In this document: in pieces, positions 13,571 through 28,374 of the stretch | Numbering within the stretch: the stretch's first letter is position 1 | Layout of the letters: each line of letters starts with the position of its first letter | DNA from: Octopus sinensis | Taxonomy: Eukaryota | Length of the DNA stretch: 64,000 bases | Reading direction: 5' to 3' | NCBI RefSeq assembly: GCF_006345805.1 | Contig: NC_042997.1 | Span: forward strand, 154,752,001-154,816,000 | The notes under the pieces: model-generated | Told to the model about the DNA's origin: nothing | What the model saw: the letters and a program-made list of their open reading frames with translations, nothing else | Database searches by the model: none | Program-made: the position numbers and the translations under genes

Positions 13571-13862
13571 TAAACTTTATATTCATTTTCATATCTTCTA
13601 CGTTATATCAACAACCAACTATAGTTATTTCAAATGCACTTCTCTACAACGACCAAGTTTCATTAGAAAATGAAAATAGTTTCACACTTACAATTTGAAC
13701 CAAAATTACAAAGTGTTGCCTTACGAGAGTGACGATGTGTGAATAATGAAAGTAATGTTTCTCTGAATTAGTCACATTTGTATTATAATAAAGAAAGCTG
13801 CTTATTATCTATCTACCAAATAAACTATGTTTCTTACTCAACTCTTTTTTACAACTAAAATA

Positions 13863-14184
13863 ACCTGCTTGTAAAATTAACATGCAAGTAGCTGAGCATT
13901 CCACAGACACGTATACCCTTAACGTAGTTCTCAGAGAGATTCAGCGTGACACAGAATGTGACAAGGCTGGCCCATTGAAATACAGGTACAACAGAAACAG
14001 GAAGAAAGAGTGAAAGAAAATTGTGTTGAAAGAGTACAGCAGGGTTCGCCACTAGCCCCTGCCGGAGCCTCGTGGAGCTTTAGGTGTTTTCGCTCAATAA
14101 ACACTCACAACACCCTGTCTGGAAATCGAAACCGCGATCCTACGGCCGCGAATCCGCTGCCCTAACCACTGGGCCATTGCGCCT
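13863..14184 (-). mobile_element. tRNA-derived SINE (second family), near full length
   Basis: Reverse complement aggcgcaatggcccagtggttagggcagcg...ggtttcgatttc (A and B boxes); tail gtacctgtatttcaatgggcc...ctacgttaagggt. Confidence 0.85.
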
Positions 14185-17100
14185 AGACACACACACGCAC
14201 ACATACACACACACATATATATATGAGCGAGTATGTTCTATATGTTAATTTAATTTTAATCTGTAATAGGTAGATATGTAGAGCGCTAGTCATGATATGC
14301 TTCGTATATATAATTCTATTAACTCTAATTAGTATTACAAAATGCGAAATTGTTTTCTTCAGATTTGAAATGCTTTCATTAAGGTATCGTTTGAAAGCCA
14401 TTCTTTGTACGTTCCATACATTTTGCAATGAATTCATTTTATTCAGCGAATACATATTATATATATATGTGTATGTGTGTGTCTGTAACAGTATATGCAT
14501 ATGTATATATGAATAGGCACAAGTATATATGTATGTATATGTATATTGGCATACGTTCATAATTATATGAATTATATGCAATTTCATAATCATTTGTTCA
14601 TGAAAAATTAAATTCAATTACTAATATTCAATTTTAAATATTGAAGGAACTTAATATACTTTTATGTTACATGCGTGTTGGATAAACTTCCATTTCTCAG
14701 TGTATCATGCTTTTAACGAAATAATATGTTACTTCTACAATTTCGGTGTAGAACAAAACGAATAACAAAATGCAGAACGTGATTATACAACGAAGCCAAA
14801 CACCGTTGTATGAAAGACAACGAATCCAGCATACCCTGAAAACGCATGGCAGACAATACAATGACAAGATAATAACAGAATATCAATGGCTAATATACGA
14901 GCACGTGAAATTGCAGATGAAACATTACAGCGAAAAAAAAAACAGAAGAGTGCCTCGAAAAAATGTGAACTTTTCTGCATGCATCTCGGACACATCTTAG
15001 AATGGGGGTGCAGTGGCTAATTTAATTAGAACAAGGATGGATATGGAAACTATTTCAAAACAAACAGTTGAGGAATTCGAAGAAAAACTGAAATGAAACT
15101 TTGATTGAATGATAAATTCTAAATATTTTATAATATGGTGCAAATATATGGCCAAAGGTTTTCCAGTAGGCCAAAGATAAACCTGAAGTTCAATTAGTAT
15201 TGTGTTAATACGCAATTGTTTAACACCACCTGCTGTATAACTAATCCAAGAATTTAAAGAACTTGTAACTTTAACGTAACTTCAGATCTGAGACAAGGGC
15301 TTACAACTCGGCTTCAACTTTCTCGTGACCAGGAGGAGCACTAAAGACGACAATTCAAATAGAAAAGCTACGTGTAACCATAACTTCCGTCGTCGACTGT
15401 TTTATCGATTAGTCGTCCACCACCCCACCCCGCCTGTTTCGTATGCTTAGAAAATCAAGGAACTTTTCAAATAAATCTTCATGATACATAATATTAACTG
15501 GATTGGCGGATGCAAATATTAAGTATAATGAGCAAAAATGGTGTAACAGAATAGCGAGTTTGAAGTTCTACTGCAGGATAAATACTTTGATTTTGTTCCT
15601 AATCAATGATTTTCAATGGTTATTTCAGAAAATAAACAGGTTACCAAATTTAGTATCGGAAGAGGCAAGTATCCCACAGTAAAATTTCTGTTAATTATTA
15701 CAGAAACTAACTTGAGCGCGTACAACCAGAACGATTTATCGGAATCTACCTCAAGCAATCAAAGTAATTTATCCAAATTACGACCCACTGTAGTTACCAT
15801 TGCTATTTCCATTTGTTGATATCAGATGGACACATTGATAAAATATCGCAGAAAAAAAACATGAAAATTATACAAATGTATTACGACAAATCTAAGCTTA
15901 CGGTACGTGAAAATGATTTCAGCTATGTCAATCAAATAAGTTGATTACTGAGAATATAATTGATTAGAGTTGCGTTAGATGATAGTGAATGAAAAGGAAA
16001 AAAAACTATAATTGATTCCTATCAAACCATTTATGATCACATGGACTTCATTTGAATTGACAATCGTAGCAGAATAATCATACTATTGAACATATATATC
16101 TAGATCAAGACGCCATGACAATTGTACAAAAGTTAGGAAACCCTGATTGTGTTATTAATTTTACGTGAATTTGAATTACAAAACAATTACACATTAGTCG
16201 TATCCGGGCTAAACATTAACGGATAGACCCGAGTTAGCGAAGACTATATCTGACGATATATCAGGTGTCGAATGTATTGGGGTTTTAAGTAAATTGTGCA
16301 TATCTTGAACATATATATCCCTTTTGGTGGAAGAGTTATGATTTTGTAGCGATTTTAGACAAATATTAGCTATCCTAAAACGTAATAACAGTGAAGACGG
16401 TCAACACTTACTTTAATAAAAAGGCTCCAACTGATAGCAAACATACGAGTAAAATAATACCCAGATCATTCAGAAGAGTAAAAGCAACAAACTGAATTAT
16501 TCAACGACTTCAGACTTCGGGGTGGAAATGGAAGTGAACCGGGAGAACAATATTTTAAGAAAATGACGAACCGTACAAAATTTATTGTGATGTTTACTAA
16601 AACCGCTTTATATGCTGAGATGACGATCTCGTTGGTCAGTATTGCTTTTCATCCTTTCAGGAGTTGATAAAATATTTACCAATCATTTCTTGCAAGTCGA
16701 GCGACTACAAATAATTTTTTTAATAGCTCTTGCAATTTGTTGTTGTTCAAACGTATGCTCAAATGTGCTATATTCACGACCAAATCATTCTTTATTCACG
16801 CATAGGACTATCTTAAACTACAGAGTACGATCTGAGAAACATTGTCTGCTATTTCTGAGAGGTCAAATGAGGTGAAATGACCTCATACGCACTCTGTCAG
16901 CGGTTCGTTTTGTAATTAATTAATACAGTTTGTGAATACATTTATAACATCAAGCGTATTAATTAATCAATATTACTTTATACGAGATCATCTAAAACTT
17001 TCATCCTTCCGCAGAGAATATAATGTACCAGTCAAGTAATGAGATCGATGTATCCTTCCATCAAATGAAAGGCTTCGTACTTACGTTACAAGCATTGCTG

Positions 17101-17390
17101 AGTGTTTAATGTCTCTTGTGTATTATTTTTTAACTTCAAGACTATCCATTGCATCATCATACCAATATAATGTTGCTGTTACATCATTAGGCCTTATTCA
17201 TTTATTTTCATCTTTATTCTGAACATTTGATACTTCATCTTTTAAGGCCCAGTCTCAACTTCTACATATCTACTTCCTCGGTAATCAAGTTCATTAGCGA
17301 GCTACTTTGGCAACAGTCTTAGCGTTGTAGGTTATCTATAATTCTGAGTTCGGTTGCTCCTGGAGTAGCTCGCGAGATTATTATTTAGTA

Positions 17391-17622
17391 AGGCGGCGAT
17401 CTGGCAGAAACGTTAGCACGCCGGGCGAAATGCTTAGCGGTATTTCGTCTGCCGTTACGTTCTGAGTTCAAATTCCGCCGAAGTCGACTTTGCCTTTCAT
17501 CCTTTCGGGGTCGATTAAATAAGCACCAGTTGCGCACTGGGGTCGATATAATCGACTTAATCCGTTTTTCTGTCCTTGTTTGTCCTCTCTGTGTTTAGCC
17601 CCTTGTGGGTAGTAAAGAAACA
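17391..17622 (+). mobile_element. Major SINE, full length, tail A
   Basis: aggcggcgatctggcagaaacgttagcacgccgggcgaaatgc...tttagccccttgtgggtagtaaagaaa. Confidence 0.9.
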
Positions 17623-17739
17623 GGTAATCAAGTTCATTAAGTATGCGTATGTTTGTGCATAAATCTATAATACACACATATGCATGTATATAGAGAGATA
17701 GAGAGAGAGAAGTCAGACAGGCAGACAGACAGATAGATT

Positions 17740-17875
<136 letters not shown>

Positions 17876-18684
17876 TGGTTGCATACATGTAAACAATCAA
17901 AATTAATCTACTCCCATGTAGTTAACGAACTATTTTATAAATTTCGCTGGACTGAAAAACTGATCGGTACTGCATCTTCTGTAACCTGAAAATTTCCAAA
18001 ATATTTCTCCAAGCCCCGTATTTATTTTATAATTTGTAATTTTCTTTCCATGTTGATTCTACTCTCATCTTCTTTTATTCTCTTACATTATTTTCATATA
18101 TCTTTATCATCTTAGCCATTTTACATCAACTTTTCTGGCATATTTAATTTGCCCTTCTATACTTTCTTTACGGGTAAATGCTATAAAAAATAACAGCAAA
18201 AATAGTAAGTTTATGACTTCATTCGGATTCTGGTTTCATCTGTTTTTCTTCTTATAAAGTATAGGAAATATGGCTGATACCATATCACACCACTATAAAA
18301 CCCTAAGGCAAAATACTTACGTTACGGGAAACTATTTCTGTATATAATCCTTTCTGTATACTGGGAAACAACTACACTCTCATGTTTGTTGAACTATTTC
18401 CTCATCGTGGATGCGACGATAACACAACGTTTCGTCATCTTCAAGTGATATTTCCGAGCTTGGGTAGGCATTGATCCGCAACTTTATTTTACTAGCTATG
18501 TCTAATGCTATGGATACCGACTAATAATGTTGGTTAGCATTAGATTTAATTATGAATTTTCACATTTTGGTACGTCTAGTTTGTACCGATAAATTCTTAT
18601 AGATCTCTAAAATACATTGTAGAAGAATAAACTCCCCGAAAAGTATACATCATTGATCTGTCAAAACAAAACTAATTATATGCG

Positions 18685-18749
<65 letters not shown>

Positions 18750-19414
18750 TGTGTGTGTGTGTGTGTGCGTGTGTGTGTGCGTGTGCGTGTGTGTGTGTAT
18801 GTATTTATGTATGTATTTATGTATGTATATATGTATATATATATATATATAGTGTGTGTGTGTGTGTGTGTGTGTAATTCTCACAAATGGAAAGTCACAT
18901 CAAATAACGAATGTATTTTTTTATGATGGTAGGGTTCAATGCTGGATTCGTGCTGTGACCATTCCGTTGTCATATGTTTCACTGACCAGGGACTAAACGC
19001 TAACAATGATCACAACTCTAAGTTTGTGCAATGGACTAACAATAAATTATACTTTTTGTCTATCTTTCTCGCCGTATCTCTTTAGGTTACAAACCTCAAT
19101 TTAGTTAACCATCTTTTATTTTTGTTCTTTGTTATAATCTTGCCTCATTTTCTATTTCTACTTTCCAAGTCTCTCAGTTCTCTTTCCTACATTTTATTTT
19201 GTCTTTTTTTTACCAACTTAACTCATTCATCATTAGTAACAATTTCCTTTTATTCTCTTCTCATTTGCTTCTTAATAGTTTTTCGATTCCGACCTTCTGA
19301 ACCGTAATTAAATGCTCTCCAACCCAATTTAACAATCTTCAACTCAGCAGCGCCAAGAATATGTAACCAGTTAAATATTTGATTCATCACTGTAGTTTAT
19401 GTTATCTTACAAAA

Positions 19415-20802
19415 CAAATCATTACCCCATTATAAGACACAAAAGAAAGAAAATAGAATCGTGCATTCGATACATTTCACATATGAACAAAGGAAGCCAT
19501 GTCTGAATTTATTTAAATATAAAATAAAATATAAATATATACTTTTTCTTTATATTAAATTTCTTTCATTTTTAAGCAAAATAGTTTTACAGGCTGTAAT
19601 TTTCTGAAGAGAAATTATCGATACTTTAAATATAGAATAAATTGTATATTCTATATTTAAGATCTTCGAATAAATTTGCGTTGTCTTAAATTTTTCATTT
19701 TTGTCATTTTCTGTTTCTTTCTTTTTTTTTTTGTCTTTTTCTTCTGTGTTTTGCCAAAGGAATATTACATTCACTGAAAATATAATTTCGCTGAGAATTT
19801 AGAAAAATTACAACGATCAAATGGATATGATATCGATATTTTACTTGAAGAGTTGTGAGATTGTAGCTTGTCAATGACATAGTTATATGCTTTGTTAGAG
19901 GCTCTGAAATTTCTCTCATTAAATTTGAAATAAATGATATTAAAAAAATCGAATCGATAGGGAATTACAAATATTTTTGTAACTCAAGGTGCCGGATAGT
20001 GACGTTAAGTCTGCCACCCAAAGTAAGGTAATCCGAGATTTGAACTCAAAGTATAAATTTCTGGAACAAATACCTTAAGGCAGCCAATCCGACGTTCTTA
20101 CAGTTCTACTACTTCGCTACCTTCGATTGGTACTTTTTTTTTTATTTACGCCGATAGAATGAAAAGCAAAGTTGACTTCAGCGTGATTCGAACTCGGGAC
20201 GTAAAAAAGTTGGAATAAATACCATCAAGTGTTCTGTCGAGTACACCAAAGATTCTGACAATTCACTTGCCCAGAAATATACAAATTGCTTTGACAATAC
20301 ACATTGAATCCTTTCATATGAAAATATATATGAAAATACACATCAATTCAAACACTCCTTCACAGTTATGCATTCCTAAGTGTAGTTTGACAAACCACAC
20401 ACATGTGCATATACATTCGATCATTTCAGTTTGTCAACAGAAAATGAAAAAGTACTCAATACAGGTGTATAATGTCTATTTAAAAAGACTTTTTGCATGA
20501 TACTTCAGTTCCATGCCACTGTTCTTAGCTGACGATTTTTCTTCGTTTCTTTGTTTTGAAATAAAAATGTTTATACTATAGCAAATATGTAATTTTATAC
20601 ATTGACAGAAATTAGATAATATAAAAATGCCAATGAGAAATGCAAGCCAAAGGAAAGTGCCAATTAAGCAAATCATTACCCCATTATAAGACACAAAAGA
20701 AAGAAAATAGAATAATGCATTCAATACATTTCACATATGAACAAAGGAAGTCATGTCTGAATTTATTTAAATATAAAATAAAATATAAATATATACTTTT
20801 TC
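19415..20802 (+). repeat. 134-bp direct repeat pair (19415-19548 and 20669-20802)
   Basis: caaatcattaccccattataagacacaaaag...atatactttttc; 4 mismatches counted by eye. Confidence 0.9.
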
Positions 20803-21477
20803 ATATAGAGGATTAAATGACATCAGTGATGTAATACAGAAAAATATGATTTGAGCAGTTTGAAGCAAGAGGCTTTATCATGTTCACATTCTCAAGAAAC
20901 AGCTTGAGCACACCACGAGCTTCCTCAAAACTAAGGTCTTGGAAAGTCAGTTTTAAATGTTTCAGAGGACCTTAAGTTCCTTTAAACATAACATTTTGTT
21001 CACCCTCTTTTTAATCCTCACAATAACTCGGGGCCCATTTTCCTCCTGCGAAAAACACTGCTATAATGTATCCTGGGTGTGACTGGAATTATAATTGAAT
21101 ACAAAGAAATGAACCAAGAGGTAAGGTATTATTTTTACTCGGGAGCACGAACCAATTGCAAGTTTGTAAGAATCTGTGAAAACGCATCTATTGAGAAAAT
21201 AATGGATAATTATTTTTTTTAAATACACATTAAATTACTATTTTGATCTGGACGCTTAAATGGCGTTTTCGTGTTGGTTTTAGAGACAATTTGAAGCATT
21301 TAGAACTTGTCATACACTATGGCTAAAAGAGCAGAATTATATGAATGCAAATGTCTATTTCTCCCTCCTCTATAGGAAAGAGGAAGGGAAAAATTACCTA
21401 ATATTTAGATGGGGGCAAGGGCAGCTGTGCTGATATGTTCCTTATTTCTGTGCAGTAGGTTTAATTATTTCTGAAAA

Positions 21478-22362
21478 TCAGAGGAGTTATTTAAAAAGTG
21501 AAATTTGTGTAATAAGTACATAAACACACAATTGCTCAACCCTTCATAGTGGTGAGAGTGTGTAGTGCCTCTTAATATACTTTGATGTGTAATACAGGAC
21601 ATTTTAAATCAGAAACCGGATTTGACACAACTTGTAATGAGAATGAAAGAGATGTGCGTGGCAGTTGTGAACGCAAATCTCACTGCAAATGACATTTCTG
21701 GAGTCGGTAGGAATATCTTAGGCTCAGCTAATACTTTTTCCCTTATATATACGTGTGTGTGTGTGTGTGTCCTAATTAATTAAAAAAAAAATTAGTTTCA
21801 AATTTTGGCAGCACGCTATCAATTCCGGAGAAGGAGGTGAGACGATTACATCGACTTCCAATAGTAATCTGGTATTTATTTTATCGACCTCCGCAGGACC
21901 AAAATCAAAGTCGACCTTCAGAACGTAAAAACAGACGAAATGCCGCTAAGCACTTTGCCCAGTGTTGGTAACGATTCTGCCAGCTCGCCAACTACTATTA
22001 ATACAAAAATGTTAATCCAATATCATTTAATACGATAGTCGGAAAACCTGTAAAGCAAAGGATAATTGCCTGCGAACTCGAAGACAAGAGTGGAGACATT
22101 TTCGTATGTCACTTTTGCAGGTAATGACATCAATACCATACTTCTTTCAACCCTATCAGAGGAGTTATTTAAAAAGTGAAATTTGTATAATAAGTACATA
22201 AACACACCATTGCTCAACCTATCGTAGTGGTGAGGGTGTGTAGTGCCTCTTAATATACCTCGGTGTGTAATACAAGACATTTTAAATCATAACCGGATTT
22301 GACACAACTTGCAATGAGAATGAGAGTTGTACGTGGCAGTTGTGAACTCAAATGTCATTGCA
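21478..22362 (+). repeat. ~210-bp direct repeat pair (21478-21687 and 22156-22362)
   Basis: tcagaggagttatttaaaaagtgaaatttgt...gcagttgtgaac; diverged copies. Confidence 0.9.
21792..21989 (-). mobile_element. Major SINE, tail C, degenerate
   Basis: Reverse-complement head (acgattctgccagctcgcc) and core (ttttatcgacc...aaagtcgacc). Confidence 0.8.
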
Positions 22363-23468
22363 GTGTTCTAGACAAAACCCACGTTACTTTGTATATCTGT
22401 TGCTCCATTCTCTTATATATATACCCTTCCTTTTTCAATGCAATATAGCGTAATTTGAAGAAGATTTGCCTGCTATTTCTTGAAGGTGAAGAAAATTGAG
22501 TCCCCCTCAGTCAAGTATTGTGTTTGATTAAATTGTCTAGAATCTCTGAGCCCCCCGTTTAAAAAAAGAGAAACTTGGCGTTGGGCCAAGTCAAAATTTA
22601 AAATATTATATAACCGAAACAGCCTTCAACCATCAACAAAAATTGATATTGCAAACACCAAAATATACGACAAAATACTATTAAACAAATTTATCGTTTG
22701 TTAAGCAACTTTCCTAACAGGGCACTTATATATATTCTCTAGATACATTGATATATAAAACCTAGATATATTCAAATATAAATTCTAGATAGATTCAAAT
22801 ATAAATTCAAATATAAATTCTCTAGATATATTTTATCAATACAAATACAGAAAACTATTTGATATGCACATTATTGAAATTCGAGGTGTAGTGACAGTAA
22901 AAAAAAAAGGAGAATTGTTATTATATGTCACATTATGTACTATCGGCTGTCGGCATGTAAATTTTAGATGAATATTAAAGTAATTGACAACAACAACAGT
23001 GCTGAGCATTACAGAGTCATGATAACCTTCTAACTCGTCAAAGTGGAGACATGCGAGCCAGCCGGAATGTTGTCTGAATACAAAGAGCCTGCTAGAAAAA
23101 GCAGCCAAATCTCATTCACAATATATCCTATGATTTTTAAAAAGGATGGATATATTAAATGATACAGTCCCGAATATATTAAGTATGAAAAATAGGCTGG
23201 ACATAGTTGCAAGGCCTTTGACCACATGCCTACCCAATCAAAGCTGACGAGTTAAATAACAACAATTCGATATCCATTTAAAAACCAAACAATTTATTTT
23301 CTGCCTGATAATGCCTCTGAGAAAGGAAGAAACGACACATATCTTGTTCCACGTACGAACAAAATATGCGATGTCATGTCAGGGAAAGTAACACATAAAG
23401 ATAATAATCCCAAGTAACTGGATCAAAACTCAAAATCCATAGTCAAAACATACATACATAGATATATA

Positions 23469-23499
<31 letters not shown>

Positions 23500-23589
23500 G
23501 TCCGACGAGACAGGTTTCCATAAAAAGCCTACGAAACTTCAAGTTGCATAGCACTGCATAAAACTGTTTTGATTAATATTAATCGTTTC

Positions 23590-23775
23590 CAATTTTGGCA
23601 CATGCCAGAAAATTATATCCATCCCAAGACTCAACTGGTACTTATTTTATCGATCCTGAGAGAATGAAAGCTAAAGTTGACCTCGGCGGAATTTGAACTC
23701 AAGAACGTGAAGACGAACGAAATACCGTAAAGCATTTTGTCCGGCGTGCTAACGATTCTTCCAGCTCACCGCCTT

Positions 23776-23776
<1 letters not shown>
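23590..23776 (-). mobile_element. Major SINE
   Basis: ggcggaatttgaactc...gctaacgattcttccagctcaccgcctt. Confidence 0.85.
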
Positions 23777-23834
<58 letters not shown>

Positions 23835-23840
23835 GTAGTA

Positions 23841-23904
<64 letters not shown>

Positions 23905-23905
23905 T

Positions 23906-25018
23906 AAATGCCCTGATGCAGTACCAGGCAGTGGCTCTCATGGCTTCTGATCTTAACTGATTGGAAGTGTTATCATGTACATTGTTTTGTCTTGGTATAA
24001 AAGATGGGCTACAGCAAATATTCTGCTCAATACCACAGATTTGCTTGTCAGTTGTTTGACCTTAACCAGTTGAGCATGTCCCTTAGTGGCTGACGATATG
24101 TGCATCTCTGATCACGAGCAGAAGTAGTGGGGGAGCATCATAGCAATGTGTTGAGAGGGATTCTTTGGGGTTTGAATAGTTCACCTCTGGAAACATGGGT
24201 GGTTCTTTCAACATCCTTAAACAACCCTTATTCAGGGACCGTTTGAGCGGGATGGGATACTCAACCTGAAGAAAATTCTAACTGGGCCCCACTTGCAAGG
24301 TCATGTGCTGTTTATCTTGATATGAGATCACCATGTCGCGCACATATGGTTGTGATGCATGTGCCTGGTGTACCTTTATCAGACGGGTAGTCATGATGGG
24401 TATATTGGGCTTCGTATATTTTACCCCAGTGTCACTTTGATGGCATGAACTGCTCTCTCACTCAATAACAATAATAATGATGATGATGATAATGATAATG
24501 ATAATAAGTACCAGGCAGTGGTCCTCGTGGCTTCTGATCTTAACTGATTGGAAGTGTTATCATGTACATTGTTTTGTCTTGGTATAAAAGATGGGCAACA
24601 GCAAATATTCTGCTCAATACCACAGATTTGCTTGTCAGTTGTTTGACCTTAACCAGGTGAGCATGTCCTTTGGTGGCTGATGATATTTGCATCTCTGATC
24701 ACGAGCAGAAGTAGTGGGAGAGCATCATAGCCATGTGTCGAGAGGAATTCTTTGGAGTCTGAATAATTCACCTCTGGAAACATGGGTGTTTCGTACAGCA
24801 TCCATAGCCCTTATTCAAGGAGCATTTGAGCAGGATGGGCCACTCGACCTGAAGAAAATTCTAACTGGACCCCACCTGCAAGGTCATGCGCTGTTTATCT
24901 TGATATGAAATCACCATGTCGCGCACATATGGTTTTGACGGGTAATCATGATGGGTATACTGGGCTTCGTATATTTTACTCCAGTGTCACTTTGATGGCA
25001 TGCACTGCTCTCTCACTC
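23906..25018. mobile_element. Two tandem copies (23906-24463, 24507-25018) of a ~0.55-kb interspersed element embedded in (AAT)n
   Basis: Both share agtaccaggcagtgg...ctgctctctcactc; bounded by (AAT)n/(GAT)n tracts; copy 2 has an internal deletion. Confidence 0.8.
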
Positions 25019-25027
25019 AATAATAAC

Positions 25028-25069
<42 letters not shown>

Positions 25070-25079
25070 CTATACATAC

Positions 25080-25129
<50 letters not shown>

Positions 25130-25344
25130 GTGTAGTAAACTAGATGAAATTAGACAAACCAGTTGTTTACCACAGGAAGTACTCAGTGATTGGTGACGAT
25201 GTGAAGCTCGGGTTTCGAACAAACAGAAAATCTGTAAGGTTTACTTGGATCGTAGATAGTAAAATAAGTGGGAAATGGAGTTTATGGTATAACTTTATAC
25301 CACAAACTCTCCTCTTTATATATTAAACACACATACACACACAT

Positions 25345-25881
<537 letters not shown>

Positions 25882-26304
25882 GCAGGTAGACATGCATACA
25901 TACATATATGCATACGTGCATAAATGCACTTATATATAGTTTGGTATTGCAAACGCTAAAACGTTTAAGGAAAAATCTTATTAAACAAACAAACTTTCCA
26001 TTTGTTAAGCGAATTCAATAATGAGACACTCAAGTATAAATTCTCTAGATATATATTTTATCAAAACCAAACACAAAAAAATATTAGACATGCAAGTTAT
26101 TGAAATTCTAAGCGGTGTATATAGTTTAAGGTAAAAGATTAATATTTGTTCATATTTAATCATTCCCATACTGCATCGCTATGGCTTTCTAAATCACTGT
26201 CCATTTATATTCCCACTACTTGAGGCAAACTTGTAGTAATTTTCGATATATCTAAGTAGACAGGCGTGTGTTTGTGGTGTGTTTTGTATTTGGTTTGCAA
26301 GACA

Positions 26305-26352
<48 letters not shown>

Positions 26353-26428
26353 ACACACACACGCGCGCGCACATATATATTTATCGTTTGTTAAGCAACT
26401 TTCCCAACAGGACATTTATATATATTTT

Positions 26429-26459
<31 letters not shown>

Positions 26460-26759
26460 ATATATACATAAGTACAGAGAAAATTATGGTATTACGATCC
26501 TTATAATACAAAGTTGAAAGTTCTAAGATTGCAAGAACTTGTTTTGTGGGCCACATCGACTTCAAGCTTAAGTAATTGACATTAGCTGGGAATATTATTA
26601 TTTAAGTATATCCTACTTTCCAAAGTGGATAGGCTGAAATTTATCCTTATTTAGCAACATGTTTTTGTTTTTTTTGTTGGTTTTTTTTTGTTTCTGTGTT
26701 TATTTTTCCACCCATTGAATCTCAGCTCTTAGACCAAATTAGCGTTCTGTCCAATCGAT

Positions 26760-27023
26760 TTCTCTTATGAGGACATTCCGGAGCTTCGAGCTTTCTGCAG
26801 AGATTTTTTTTTACTATGTTTGGTGGCATTTGCGATGACATTTGTAAAATAATTAGTAGAAAGGGACCCAGCAGAGCCTCTTCATTACTAATGTCTTTTG
26901 CTAATCTTAAGTAAACTCCGTTGATCAAAACTTGTTGGGTTCTGGCTGCTGGAAAACATTTGATCCATTGCAATAGTGGTCCATTGGGAGCAGTGTTGAA
27001 TAGCTTTTTCTGCAGAATGCTGG

Positions 27024-27025
<2 letters not shown>
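26760..27025 (-). mobile_element. Highly degenerate CR1/L2/Jockey-type RT fragment
   Basis: SILQKKL...GPLLQWIKCFPAARTQQVLING...LLGPFL resembles LL.WI.SFL..R.Q.V.ING...LGPLLF. Confidence 0.6.
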
Positions 27026-27059
<34 letters not shown>

Positions 27060-27735
27060 ATCTCCATCTATCTCTCTCCCTCCCTCTCTCCGAATCATTA
27101 AAATTATTATTAAATTGGTGCAGAATTGTTCTAAGGTGTTCTTAGCGGGGTTCAGTCTGCTGCAAACATTCAAGCCAAGTCTTTGATTTCAGCTTAGGAC
27201 GTTCCTTCGAACCCCATCAATGTAGGAAGCCCTTAGAAAAATAGAAGGTCATAGGTGATGCCCCTCCCTCATTGACCAAGAAGTAAAAAATAGTAATATA
27301 AGACATAAGTAGCAATTTGAAACAGAAATGAGAAACAGACCCACTTTTCTGTCTTTAATTGGTGTCTATGGTGTTTAGTAAAGTTGAACGTTAGAAATCT
27401 AAGCAGTTAATTCGCGAATAGTATTTAATCTCACATGACCTATTCCTAAATACAAAGAAGCTATTTTTCTCTTACAAAAGATGTATTGATATTCCGAGGT
27501 TTCTAAGATTAGCTTCAACTAAATATGTTTCCGCTGCAATTATCATTCATGACATTTTCTCTTGATATTTTCATATCAACTAACTGACATTTTCTTTGTA
27601 TTAAAAACAATAAATATATGAAACCATTTCGATATTTCCATATTTTCAAAAGTCTATCCAATTCTTTGAAGCTGAACCATTATTGTTAGAGCGTTTCTCC
27701 CCTTCTCTCTTTTTCTCTCTTTCACTCTCCTCCTC

Positions 27736-27778
<43 letters not shown>

Positions 27779-28374
27779 GCATGCACACATACGCACACAC
27801 TACATACAAGCTCACAAATACAACACAAATCTATGGTAAAACGACCAAATTTTTCGAAGACTGTTTTGCTTTCCTTTCCAGTGTTTGTTTCAAATGTAAA
27901 AATAGTAGTAGTGACCACGTACCTTTTGCAAACCTACCCAGACAGGTGAGATCGATGCTGATGATCTTTAATTTGATTATCTGTAGACTTAACTCAGCAA
28001 GAAAGAGAAGCCGACATGGTGTGGATTTTATATGGTTATAATTTTGTGTCAGGAAGATTAAACCAAGAGCAGGACTTAGGATAACAGGCGGCACAGTACG
28101 AATAGCTGGAGAAGAGACGAATACATCGGGCTGACTTTAGTGGTTCATTACGTAAATGGTTCACAGAAGCTGCAGTATATATAAATGAGGCAACGGAGAG
28201 ACAGAAAAGGAGAAAGAGCATAAGTGTGAGCTGTTAGCGATTGAGTCATTGTCAACATATTGAATTTTGGATGCTGTCTAGGATGGTAATTTGAGGGACA
28301 GTTAAGTGAATTACATGTTTATTTAGAAAATGCGATAGCGATCTCAGACTAACGTTGCTAATAATCAGCCGAAG

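Noticed and set aside
14770-15110. Possible Helitron N-terminal repeat (MANIRAREIADETLQR)
   Set aside because: Only a short resemblance; no following Cys motif or termini
20950-21130. Candidate exon ending at ccaagag|gtaagg
   Set aside because: No consistent open frame or partner exons
23244-23350. CTGACGAG...GATA and CTGATAA...GAAAC strings
   Set aside because: Core positions mutated and no NUH or stem support
25079-25133. (CG)n-(GT)n Z-DNA-prone tract
   Set aside because: Ordinary compound microsatellite in this genome; no functional evidence
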